NCBI GenBank assembly: GCA_051294905.1
Contig: CM119372.1
Location: 40,426,001 to 40,490,000 of the forward strand
From: Botryllus schlosseri
Lineage: Eukaryota
Length of the DNA stretch: 64,000 bases
Direction of reading: 5' to 3'
Position numbers and translations under genes: made by a program. The notes under the pieces were generated by a model that searched no databases, had not been told where the DNA came from, and worked only from the letters and a program-made list of their open reading frames with translations. Shown piece by piece: positions 12,201 to 26,003 of the stretch. Position 1 is the stretch's first letter; each line of letters opens with the position of its first letter.

Positions 12201-15200
12201 CGATTAATTGAAAAATCCGAGCGCACTCGGAGCATTTTGTAATGCGGACTCACCTTAACACAATCAATATGTAATATGATTGTATTACGGGCGCTTAAGT
12301 AGTTTGTGAGTCGTATGTACATTCGCTGGACACGGCGCAATCTTCGGAAGCCAGCAATCGAACCAATCTTATCTACAGACCCTGAACAAACTATCATTGG
12401 CCAGCTGATAATACCGTCTGTTTAGATCGGTTCTTGCGTAATGTGAAAAATCGAATCACGATGCAGGCCAAAACTCACATATTATTTCTCAAAATTATCT
12501 AGCAAGCTCGGCTACTAGGAAGCCTGCTTATCAGATACGACTAATTGAAAAATCCGAGCGCACTCGGAGCATTTTGTAATGCAGACTCACCTTAACACAA
12601 TCAATGTGTAAGATGATTGTATTACGGGCGATTAAGTAGTTCGTGAGTCGTATCTACATTCGCTGGACATGGCGCAATCTTCGGAAGCCAGCAATCGAAC
12701 CAATCTTATCTACAGACCATGAACAAACTATCATTGGCCAGCTGATAATACCGTCTGTTTAGGTCCGTTCCTGCGTAATGTGAAATATCGAATCACGATG
12801 CAGGCCAAAACTCACATATTGTTTCTCAAAATTATCTAGCATGCTCGGCTCCTAGGAAGCCTGCTTATCAGGTACGACAAATTGAAAAATCCGAGCGCAC
12901 CAGGAGCATTTTGTAATGCGGACTCACCTTAACACAATCAATATGTAAGGTGATTGTATTACGGGCGCTTAAGTAGTTCGTGAGTCGTATGTACATTCGC
13001 TGGACACGGCGCAATCTTCTAAAGCCAGCAATCGATCCAATCTTATCTACAGACCCTGAACAAACTATCATTGGCCAGCTGATAATACCGTCTGTTTAGG
13101 TCCGTTCTTGCGTAATGTGAAAAATCTAATCACGATGCAGGCCAAAACTCACATATTATTTCTCAATATTATCTAGCAAGCTCGGCTACTAGGAAGCCTG
13201 CTCATCAGATACGACTAATTTAAAAATCCGAGCGCAATCGGAGCATTTTGTAATGCGGACTCACCTTGACACAATCAATATGTAAGGTGATTGTATTACG
13301 GGCGCTTAACTATTTCGTGAGTCCTATGTCCTTTTACTGGACACGGCGCAATCTGCGGAAGCCAGCAGTCGATCCAATGCTAGATCATATCTACAGAAGC
13401 TTGACATCATTGGCCAGCTGATAATCACATCTGTTTAGGGCGGCTCTTTTCGAAATGTGGAAATGGAATCACGATGCAGGCTAAAACTCACATGTTATTT
13501 CTCAAAATTATCTAGCAAGCTCGGCTACTAGGAAGCCCGCTTATCAGATACGAGTAATTGAAAAATCCGAGCGCACTCGGAGCATTTTGTAATGCGGACT
13601 CACCTTAACACAATCAAGATGTAAGATGATTGTATTACGGGCGCTTAAGTAGTTCGTGAGTCGTATGTACATTCGCTGGACACGGCGCAATCTTCGGAAG
13701 CCAGCAATCGAACCAATCTTATCTACAGACCCTGAACAAACTATCATTGGCCAGCTGATAATACCGTCTGTTTAGGTCCGTTCCTGCGTAATGTGAAATA
13801 TCGAATCACGATTCAGGCCAAAACTCACATATTATTTCTCAAAATTATCTAGCAAGCTCGGCTACTAGGAAGCCTGCTTATCAGATACGACTAATTGAAA
13901 AATCCGAGCGCACTCGGAGCATTTTGTAATGCGGACTCACCTTAAGACAATCAATATGTAAGGTGATTGTTTTACGGGCGCTTGATTAGTTCTTGAGTCG
14001 TAGGTCCTTTTACTGGACACGGCGCAATCTTCGGAAGCCAGCAATCGAACCAATCTTATCTAGAGACCGTGAACAAACCATCATTGGCCAGCTGATAATA
14101 CCGTCTGTTTAGGTCAGTTCCTGCGTAATGTGAAATATCAAATCACGATGCAGGCCAAAACTCACATATTATTTCTCAATATTATCTAGCAAGCTCGGCT
14201 ACTAGGAAGCCTGCTTATCAGATACGACTAATTGAAAAATCCGAGCGCACTCGGAGCATTTTGTAATGCGGACTCACCTTAACACAATCAATATGTAAGG
14301 TGATTGTATTACGGGCGCTTGATTAGTACTTGAGTCGTATGTCCTTTTACTGGACACGGCGCAATCTTCGGAAGCCAGCAATCGAACCAATCTTATCTAG
14401 AGTCCGTGAACAAACCATCATTGGCCAGCTGATAAGACCGTCTGTTTAGGTCCGTTCCTGCGTAATGTGAAATATCGAATCACGATGCAGGATATAACTC
14501 ACATATTATTTCTCAAAATTATCTAGCAAGCTCGGCTACTAGGAAGCCTGCTTATCAAATACGACTAATCGAAAAATCCGAGCGCACTCGGAGCATTTTG
14601 TAATGCGGACTCACCTTAACACAATCAATATGTAAGATGATTGCATTACGGGCGCTTAAGTAGTTCGTGAGTCGTATGTACATTCGCTGGACACGGCGCA
14701 ATCTTCGGAAGCCAGCAATCGAACCAATCTTATCTACAGACCCTGAACAAACTATCATTGGCCAGCTGATAATACCGTCTGTTTAGGTCCGTTCCTGCGT
14801 AATGTGAAATATCGAATCACGATGCAAGCCAAAACTCACATATTATTTCTCAAAATTATCTAGCATGCTCGGCTCCTAGGAAGCCTGCTTATCAGGTACG
14901 ACTAATTGAAAAATCCGAGCGCACCAGGAGCATTTTGTAATGCGGACTCACCTTAACACAATCAATATGTAAGATGATTGTATTACGGGCGCTTCAGTAG
15001 TTTGTGAGTCGTATGTACATATGCTGGACACGGCGCAATCTTCGGAAGCCAGCAATCGAACCAATCTTATCTACAGACCCTGAACAATTTATCATTGGCC
15101 AGCTGATAATACCGTCTGTTTCGGTCCGTTCCTGCGTAATGTGAAATATCGAATCACGATGCAGGCCAAAACTCACATATAATTTCTCAAAATTATCTGG

Positions 15201-18200
15201 CATGCTCGGCTCCTAGGAAGCCTGCTTATCAGGTACGACAAATTGAAAAATCCGAGCGCACTCGGAGCATTTTGTAATGCGGACTCACCTTAACACAATC
15301 AATATGTAAGATGATTGTATTACGGGCGCTTGATTAGTTCGTGAGTCGTATGTACATTCGCTGGACACGGCGCAATCTTCGAAAGCCAGAAATCGATCCA
15401 ATCTAATCTACAGAACCTGAACAAACCATCATTGGCCAGCTGATAATACCGTCTGTTTAGATCGGTTCTTGCGTAATGTGAAAAATCGAATCACGATGCA
15501 GGCCAAAACTCACATATTATTTCTCAAAATTATCTAGCAAGCTCGGCCACTGGGAAGCCTGCTTATCAGATACGAATAATTGAAAAATCCGAGCGCACTC
15601 TGAGCATTTTGTAATGCGGACTCACCTTAACACAATCAATATGTAAGATGATTGTATTACGGGCGCTTAAGTAGTTCGTGAGTCGTATGTACATTCGCTG
15701 GACACGGCGCAATCTTCGGAAGCCAGCAATCGAACCAATCTTATCTACAGACCCTGAACAAACTATGCTTGGCCAGCTGATAATACCGTCTGTTTAGTTC
15801 CGTTCCTGCGTAATGTGAAATATCGAATCACGATGCAGGCCAAAACTCACAGATTATTTCTCAAAATTATCTAGCAAGCTCGGCTACTAGGAAGCCTGCT
15901 TATCAGATACGACTAATTGAAAAATCCGAGCGCACTCGGAGCATTTTGTAATGCGGACTCACCTGAACACAATCAATATGTAAGGTGATTGTATTACGGG
16001 CGCTTGATTAGTACTTGAGTCGTATGTCCTTTTACTGGACACGGCACAATCTTCGGAAGCCAGCAATCGAACCAATCTTATCTAGAGTCCGTGAACAAAC
16101 CATCAATGGCCAGATGATAAGACCGTCTGTTTAGGTCCGTTCCTGCGTAATGTGAAATATCGAATCACGATGCAGGCCATAACTCACATATTATTTCTCA
16201 AAATTATCTAGGAAGCTCGGCTACTAGGAAGCCTGCTTATCAAATACGACTAATCGAAAAATCCGAGCGCACTCGGAGCATTTTGTAATGCGGACTCACC
16301 TTAACACAATCAATATGTAAGATGATTGCAGTACGGGCGCTTAAGTAGTTCGTGAGTCGTATGTACATTCGCTGGACACGGCGCAATCTTCGGAAGCCAG
16401 CAATCGAACCAATCTTATCTACAGACCCTGAACAAACTATCATTGGCCAGCTGATAATACCGTCTGTTTAGGTCCGTTCCTGCGTAATGTGAAATATCGA
16501 ATCACGATGCAGGCCAAAACTCACATATTATTTCTCAAAATTATCTAGCATGCTCGGCTCCTAGGAAGCCTGCTTATCAGGTACGACTAATTGAAAAATC
16601 CGAGCGCACCAGGAGCATTTTGTAATGAGGACTCACCTTAACACAATCAATATGTAAGGTGATTGTATTACGGGCACTTAAGTAGTTCGTGAGTCGTATG
16701 TCCTTTTACTGGACACGGCGCAATCTTCGGAAGCCAGCAATCGAACCAATCTTATCTACAGACCCTGAACAAACCATCATTGGCCAGCTGATAATACCGT
16801 CTGTTTAGATCGGTTCTTGCGTAATGTGAAAAATCGAATCACGATGCAGGCCAAAACTCACATTTTATTTCTCAAAATTATCTAGCAAGCTCGGCTACTA
16901 GGAAGCCTGTTTATCGGATACGACTAATTGAAAAATCCGAGCGCACTTGGAGCATTTTGTAATGCGGACTTACCTTAACACAATCAATATGTAAGATGAT
17001 TGTATTACGGGCGCTTGATTAGTTCGTGAGTCGTATGTACATTCGCTGGACACGGCGCAATCGTCGAAAGCCAGAAATCGATCCAATCTAATCTACAGAA
17101 CCTGAACAAACCATCATTGGCCAGCTGATAATACTGTCCGTTTAGATCGGTTCTTGCGTAATGTGAAAAATCGAATCACGATGCAGGCCAAAACTCACAT
17201 ATTATTTCTCAAAATTATCTAGCAAGCTCGGCTACTAGGAAGCCTGCTTATCAGATACGACTAATTGAAAAATCCGAGCGCACTCGGAGCATTTTGTAAT
17301 GCAGACTCACCTTAACACAATCAATGTGTAAGATGATTGTATTACGGGCGATTAAGTAGTTCGTGAGTCGTATCTACATTCGCTGGACATGGCGCAATCT
17401 TCGGAAGCCAGCAATCGAACCAATCTTATCTACAGACCATGAACAAACTATCATTGGCCAGCTGATAATACCGTCTGTTTAGGTCCGTTCCTGCGTAATG
17501 TGAAATATCGAATCACGATGCAGGCCAAAACTCACATATTGTTTCTCAAAATTATCTAGCATGCTCGGCTCCTAGGAAGCCTGCTTATCAGGTACGACAA
17601 ATTGAAAAATCCGAGCGCACCAGGAGCATTTTGTAATGCGGACTCACCTTAACACAATCAATATGTAAGGTGATTGTATTACGGGCGCTTAAGTAGTTCG
17701 TGAGTCGTATGTACATTCGCTGGACACGGCGCAATCTTCTAAAGCCAGCAATCGATCCAATCTTATCTACAGACCCTGAACAAACTATCATTGGCCAGCT
17801 GATAATACCGTCTGTTTAGGTCCGTTCTTGCGTAATGTGAAAAATCTAATCACGATGCAGGCCAAAACTCACATATTATTTCTCAATATTATCTAGCAAG
17901 CTCGGCTACTAGGAAGCCTGCTCATCAGATACGACTAATTTAAAAATCCGAGCGCAATCGGAGCATTTTGTAATGCGGACTCACCTTGACACAATCAATA
18001 TGTAAGGTGATTGTATTACGGGCGCTTAACTATTTCGTGAGTCCTATGTCCTTTTACTGGACACGGCGCAATCTGCGGAAGCCAGCAGTCGATCCAATGC
18101 TAGATCATATCTACAGAAGCTTGACATCATTGGCCAGCTGATAATCACATCTGTTTAGGGCGGCTCTTTTCGAAATGTGGAAATGGAATCACGATGCAGG

Positions 18201-21200
18201 CTAAAACTCACATGTTATTTCTCAAAATTATCTAGCAAGCTCGGCTACTAGGAAGCCCGCTTATCAGATACGAGTAATTGAAAAATCCGAGCGCACTCGG
18301 AGCATTTTGTAATGCGGACTCACCTTAACACAAACAAGATGTAAGATGATTGTATTACGGGCGCTTAAGTAGTTCGTGAGTCGTATGTACATTCGCTGGA
18401 CACGGCGCAATCTTCGGAAGCCAGCAATCGAACCAATCTTATCTACAGACCCTGAACAAACTATCATTGGCCAGCTGATAATACCGTCTGTTTAGGTCCG
18501 TTCCTGCGTAATGTGAAATATCGAATCACGATTCAGGCCAAAACTCACATATTATTTCTCAAAATTATCTAGCAAGCTCGGCTACTAGGAAGCCTGCTTA
18601 TCAGATACGACTAATTGAAAAATCCGAGCGCACTCGGAGCATTTTGTAATGCGGACTCACCTTAAGACAATCAATATGTAAGGTGATTGTTTTACGGGCG
18701 CTTGATTAGTTCTTGAGTCGTAGGTCCTTTTACTGGACACGGCGCAATCTTCGGAAGCCAGCAATCGAACCAATCTTATCTAGAGACCGTGAACAAACCA
18801 TCATTGGCCAGCTGATAATACCGTCTGTTTAGGTCAGTTCCTGCGTAATGTGAAATATCAAATCACGATGCAGGCCAAAACTCACATATTATTTCTCAAT
18901 ATTATCTAGCAAGCTCGGCTACTAGGAAGCCTGCTTATCAGATACGACTAATTGAAAAATCCGAGCGCACTCGGAGCATTTTGTAATGCGGACTCACCTT
19001 AACACAATCAATATGTAAGGTGATTGTATTACGGGCGCTTGATTAGTACTTGAGTCGTATGTCCTTTTACTGGACACGGCGCAATCTTCGGAAGCCAGCA
19101 ATCGAACCAATCTTATCTAGAGTCCGTGAACAAACCATCATTGGCCAGCTGATAAGACCGTCTGTTTAGGTCCGTTCCTGCGTAATGTGAAATATCGAAT
19201 CACGATGCAGGATATAACTCACATATTATTTCTCAAAATTATCTAGCAAGCTCGGCTACTAGGAAGCCTGCTTATCAAATACGACTAATCGAAAAATCCG
19301 AGCGCACTCGGAGCATTTTGTAATGCGGACTCACCTTAACACAATCAATATGTAAGATGATTGCATTACGGGCGCTTAAGTAGTTCGTGAGTCGTATGTA
19401 CATTCGCTGGACACGGCGCAATCTTCGGAAGCCAGCAATCGAACCAATCTTATCTACAGACCCTGAACAAACTATCATTGGCCAGCTGATAATACCGTCT
19501 GTTTAGGTCCGTTCCTGCGTAATGTGAAATATCGAATCACGATGCAAGCCAAAACTCACATATTATTTCTCAAAATTATCTAGCATGCTCGGCTCCTAGG
19601 AAGCCTGCTTATCAGGTACGACTAATTGAAAAATCCGAGCGCACCAGGAGCATTTTGTAATGCGGACTCACCTTAACACAATCAATATGTAAGATGATTG
19701 TATTACGGGCGCTTCAGTAGTTTGTGAGTCGTATGTACATATGCTGGACACGGCGCAATCTTCGGAAGCCAGCAATCGAACCAATCTTATCTACAGACCC
19801 TGAACAATTTATCATTGGCCAGCTGATAATACCGTCTGTTTCGGTCCGTTCCTGCGTAATGTGAAATATCGAATCACGATGCAGGCCAAAACTCACATAT
19901 AATTTCTCAAAATTATCTGGCATGCTCGGCTCCTAGGAAGCCTGCTTATCAGGTACGACAAATTGAAAAATCCGAGCGCACTCGGAGCATTTTGTAATGC
20001 GGACTCTCCTTAACACAATCAATATGTAAGATGATTGTATTACGGGCGCTTGATTAGTTCGTGAGTCGTATGTACATTCGCTGGACACGGCGCAATCTTC
20101 GAAAGCCAGAAATCGATCCAATCTAATCTACAGAACCTGAACAAACCATCATTGGCCAGCTGATAATACCGTCTGTTTAGATCGGTTCTTGCGTAATGTG
20201 AAAAATCGAATCACGATGCAGGCCAAAACTCACATATTATTTCTCAAAATTATCTAGCAAGCTCGGCCACTGGGAAGCCTGCTTATCAGATACGAATAAT
20301 TGAAAAATCCGAGCGCACTCTGAGCATTTTGTAATGCGTACTCACCTTAACACAATCAATATGTAAGATGATTGTATTACGGGCGCTTAAGTAGTTCGTG
20401 AGTCGTATGTACATTCGCTGGACACGGCGCAATCTTCGGAAGCCAGCAATCGAACCAATCTTATCTACAGACCCTGAACAAACTATGCTTGGCCAGCTGA
20501 TAATACCGTCTGTTTAGTTCCGTTCCTGCGTAATGTGAAATATCGAATCACGATGCAGGCCAAAACTCACAGATTATTTCTCAAAATTATCTAGCAAGCT
20601 CGGCTACTAGGAAGCCTGCTTATCAGATACGACTAATTGAAAAATCCGAGCGCACTCGGAGCATTTTGTAATGCGGACTCACCTGAACACAATCAATATG
20701 TAAGGTGATTGTATTACGGGCGATTGATTAGTACTTGAGTCGTATGTCCTTTTACTGGACACGGCACAATCTTCGGAAGCCAGCAATCGAACCAATCTTA
20801 TCTAGAGTCCGTGAACAAACCATCAATGGCCAGATGATAAGACCGTCTGTTTAGGTCCGTTCCTGCGTAATGTGAAATATCGAATCACGATGCAGGCCAT
20901 AACTCACATATTATTTCTCAAAATTATCTAGGAAGCTCGGCTACTAGGAAGCCTGCTTATCAAATACGACTAATCGAAAAATCCGAGCGCACTCGGAGCA
21001 TTTTGTAATGCGGACTCACCTTAACACAATCAATATGTAAGATGATTGCAGTACGGGCGCTTAAGTAGTTCGTGAGTCGTATGTACATTCGCTGGACACG
21101 GCGCAATCTTCGGAAGCCAGCAATCGAACCAATCTTATCTACAGACCCTGAACAAACTATCATTGGCCAGCTGATAATACCGTCTGTTTAGGTCCGTTCC

Positions 21201-24200
21201 TGCGTAATGTGAAATATCGAATCACGATGCAAGCCAAAACTCACATATTATTTCTCAAAATTATCTAGCATGCTCGGCTCCTAGGAAGCCTGCTTATCAG
21301 GTACGACTAATTGAAAAATCCGAGCGCACCAGGAGCATTTTGTAATGCGGACTCACCTTAACACAATCAATATGTAAGATGATTGTATTACGGGCGCTTC
21401 AGTAGTTTGTGAGTCGTATGTACATATGCTGGACACGGCGCAATCTTCGGAAGCCAGCAATCGAACCAATCTTATCTACAGATCCTGAACAATTTATCAT
21501 TGGCCAGCTGATAATACCGTCTGTTTCGGTCCGTTCCTGCGTAATGTGAAATATCGAATCACGATGCAGGCCAAAACTCACATATAATTTCTCAAAATTA
21601 TCTGGCATGCTCGGCTCCTAGGAAGCCTGCTTATCAGGTACGACAAATTGAAAAATCCGAGCGCACTCGGAGCATTTTGTAATGCGGACTCACCTTAACA
21701 CAATCAATATGTAAGATGATTGTATTACGGGCGCTTGATTAGTTCGTGAGTCGTATGTACATTCGCTGGACACGGCGCAATCTTCGAAAGCCAGAAATCG
21801 ATCCAATCTAATCTACAGAACCTGAATAAACCATCATTGGCCAGCTGATAATACCGTCTGTTTAGATCGGTTCTTGCGTAATGTGAAAAATCGAATCACG
21901 ATGCAGGCCAAAACTCACATATTATTTCTCAAAATTATCTAGCAAGCTCGGCCACTGGGAAGCCTGCTTATCAGATACGAATAATTGAAAAATCCGAGCG
22001 CACTCTGAGCATTTTGTAATGCGTACTCACCTTAACACAATCAATATGTAAGATGATTGTATTACGGGCGCTTAAGTAGTTCGTGAGTCGTATGTACATT
22101 CGCTGGACACGGCGCAATCTTCGGAAGCCAGCAATCGAACCAATCTTATCTACAGACCCTGAACAAACTATGCTTGGCCAGCTGATAATACCGTCTGTTT
22201 AGTTCCGTTCCTGCGTAATGTGAAATATCGAATCACGATGCAGGCCAAAACTCACAGATTATTTCTCAAAATTATCTAGCAAGCTCGGCTACTAGGAAGC
22301 CTGCTTATCAGATACGACTAATTGAAAAATCCGAGCGCACTCGGAGCATTTTGTAATGCGGACTCACCTGAACACAATCAATATGTAAGGTGATTGTATT
22401 ACGGGCGATTGATTAGTACTTGAGTCGTATGTCCTTTTACTGGACACGGCACAATCTTCGGAAGCCAGCAATCGAACCAATCTTATCTAGAGTCCGTGAA
22501 CAAACCATCAATGGCCAGATGATAAGACCGTCTGTTTAGGTCCGTTCCTGCGTAATGTGAAATATCGAATCACGATGCAGGCCATAACTCACATATTATT
22601 TCTCAAAATTATCTAGGAAGCTCGGCTACTAGGAAGCCTGCTTATCAAATACGACTAATCGAAAAATCCGAGCGCACTCGGAGCATTTTGTAATGCGGAC
22701 TCACCTTAACACAATCAATATGTAAGATGATTGCAGTACGGGCGCTTAAGTAGTTCGTGAGTCGTATGTACATTCGCTGGACACGGCGCAATCTTCGGAA
22801 GCCAGCAATCGAACCAATCTTATCTACAGACCCTGAACAAACTATCATTGGCCAGCTGATAATACCGTCTGTTTAGGTCCGTTCCTGCGTAATGTGAAAT
22901 ATCGAATCACGATGCAGGCCAAAACTCACAGATTATTTCTCAAAATTATCTAGCAAGCTCGGCTACTAGGAAGCCTGCTTATCAGATACGACTAATTGAA
23001 AAATCCGAGCGCACTCGGAGCATTTTGTAATGCGGACTCACCTGAACACAATCAATATGTAAGGTGATTGTATTACGGGCGCTTGATTAGTACTTGAGTC
23101 GTATGTCCTTTTACTGGACAAGGCACAATCTTCGGATGCCAGCAATCGAACCAATCTTATCTAGAGTCCGTGAACAAACCATCATTGGCCAGCTGATAAG
23201 ACCGTCTGTTTAGGTCCGTTCCTGCGTAATGTGAAATATCGAATCACGATGCAGGCCAAAACTCACATTTTATTTCTCAAAATTATCTAGCAAGCTCGGC
23301 TACTAGGAAGCCTGTTTATCGGATACGACTAATTGAAAAATCCGAGCGCACTTGGAGCATTTTGTAATGCGGACTCACCTTAACACAATCAATATGTAAG
23401 ATGATTGTATTACGGGCGCTTGATTAGTTCGTGAGTCGTATGTACATTCGCTGGACACGGCGCAATCGTCGAAAGCCAGAAATCGATCCAATCTAATCTA
23501 CAGAACCTGAACAAATCATCATTGGCCAGCTGATAATACCGTCCGTTTAGATCGGTTCTTGCGTAATGTGAAAAATCGAATCACGATGCAGGCCAAAACT
23601 CACATATTATTTCTCAAAATTATCTAGCAAGCTCGGCCACTGGGAAGCCTGCTTATCAGATACGAATAATTGAAAAATCCGAGCGCACTCGGAGCATTTT
23701 GTAATGCGGACTCACCTTAACACAATCAATATGTAAGATGATTGTATTACGGGCGCTTAAGTAGTTCGTGAGTCGTATGTACATTCGCTGGACACGGCGC
23801 AATCTTCGGAAGCCAGCAATCGAACCAATCTTATCTACAGACCCTGAACAAACTATGCTTGGCCAGCTGATAATACCGTCTGTTTAGTTCCGTTCCTGCG
23901 TAATGTGAAATATCGAATCACGATGCAGGCCAAAACTCACAGATTATTTCTCAAAATTATCTAGCAAGCTCGGCTACTAGGAAGCCTGCTTATCAGATAC
24001 GACTAATTGTAAAATCCGAGCGCACTCGGAGCATTTTGTAATGCGGACTCACCTGAACACAATCAATATGTAAGGTGATTGTATTACGGGCGCTTGATTA
24101 GTTCTTGAGTCGTATGTCCTTTTACTGGACACGGCGCAATCTTCGAAAGCCAGCAATCGAACCAATCTCATCTACAGACCGTGAACAAACCATCATTGGC

Positions 24201-26003
24201 CAGCTGATAATACCGTCTGTTTAGATCGGTTCTTGCGTAATGTGAAATATCGAATCACGATGCAGTCCAAAACTCACATATTATTTCTCAAAATTATCTA
24301 GCAAGCTCGGCTCCTAGGAAGCCTGCTTATCAGGTACGACAAATTGAAAAATCCGAGGGCACCAGGAGCATTTTGTAATGCGGACTCGCCTTAAGACAAT
24401 CAATATGTAAGGTGATTGTATTACGGGCGCTTAAGTAGTTCGTGAGTCGTATGTACATTCGCTGGACACGGCGCAATCTTCGAAAGCCAGCAATCGAACC
24501 AATCTTATCTACAGAACCTGAACAAACCATCATTGGCCAGCTGAAAACACCGTATTTTAGGTCGGTTCTTGCGTAATGTTAAAAATCGAATCACGTTGCA
24601 GGCCAAAACTCACATATTATTTCTCAAAATTATCTAGCAAGCTCGGCTACTAGGAAGCCTGCTTATCAGATACGACTAATTGAAAAATCCGAGCGCACTC
24701 GGAGCATTTTGTAATGCGGACTCACCTTAAGACAATGAATATGTAAGGTGATTGTATTACGGGCGCTTGATTAGTTCTTGAGTCGTATGTCCTTTTACTG
24801 GACACGGCGCAATCTTCGGAAGCCAGCAATCGAACCAATCTCATCTACAGACCGTGAACAAACCATCATTGGCCAGCTGATAATACCGTCTGTTTAGGTC
24901 CGTTCCTGCGTAATGTGAAATATCGCATCACGATGCAGGCCAAAACTCACATATTATTTCTCAAAATTATCTAGCATGCTCGGCTCCTAGGAAGCCTGCT
25001 TATCAGGTACGACTAATTGAAAAATCCGAGCGCACCAGGAGCATTTTGTAATGCGGACTCACCTTAACACAATCAATATGTAAGGTGATTGTATTACGGG
25101 CACTTAAGTAGTTCGTGAGTCGTATGTCCTTTTACTGGACACGGCGCAATCTTCGGAAGCCAGCAATCGAACCAATCTTATCTACAGACCCTGAACAATT
25201 TATCATTGGCCAGCTGATAATACCGTCTGTTTCGGTCCGTTCCTGCGTAATGTGAAATATCGAATCACGATGCAGGCCAAAACTCACATATAATTTCTCA
25301 AAATTATCCAGCATGCTCGGCTCCTAGGAAGCCTGCTTATCAGGTACGACAAATTGAAAAATCCGAGCGCACTCGGAGCATTTTGTAATGCGGACTCACC
25401 TTAACACAATCAATATGTAAGATGATTGTATTACGGGCACTTGATTAGTTCGTGAGTCGTATGTACATTCGCTGGACACGGCGCAATCTTCGAAAGCCAG
25501 AAATCGATCCAATCTAATCTACAGAACCTGAACAAACCATCATTGGCCAGCTGATAATACCGTCTGTTTAGATCGGTTCTTGCGTAATGTGAAAAATCGA
25601 ATCACGATGCAGGCCAAAACTCACATATTATTTCTCAAAATTATCTAGCAAGCTAGGCTCCTACACTGTAAAAACTGTGGCCACCTTACAGAGGTGTTTC
25701 AAAAATCACCCAAAGGAGGTGGTATTTTCTCCACCCTTAAAGGGTGGTGGACTCCCCCACCTATTTTAGGTGGAAAATTTCCCTCCCCTATGCTATCGGT
25801 AAACCACCTCATCAGCCTATCCACATACCACCTCATCCTATCCGGATGTCTTCGTCAAACGACGTAGATGCGCACAACATCCGAATTAAATCTTCATAAT
25901 TCACGTTGACATAAATCACAACATGGCCATTATTCCAAAACTTTATTTTTAAATTAGTCACAGATTTTACCAAGTTTGGTGCGAACAGCAGAACTCATCT
26001 CTT

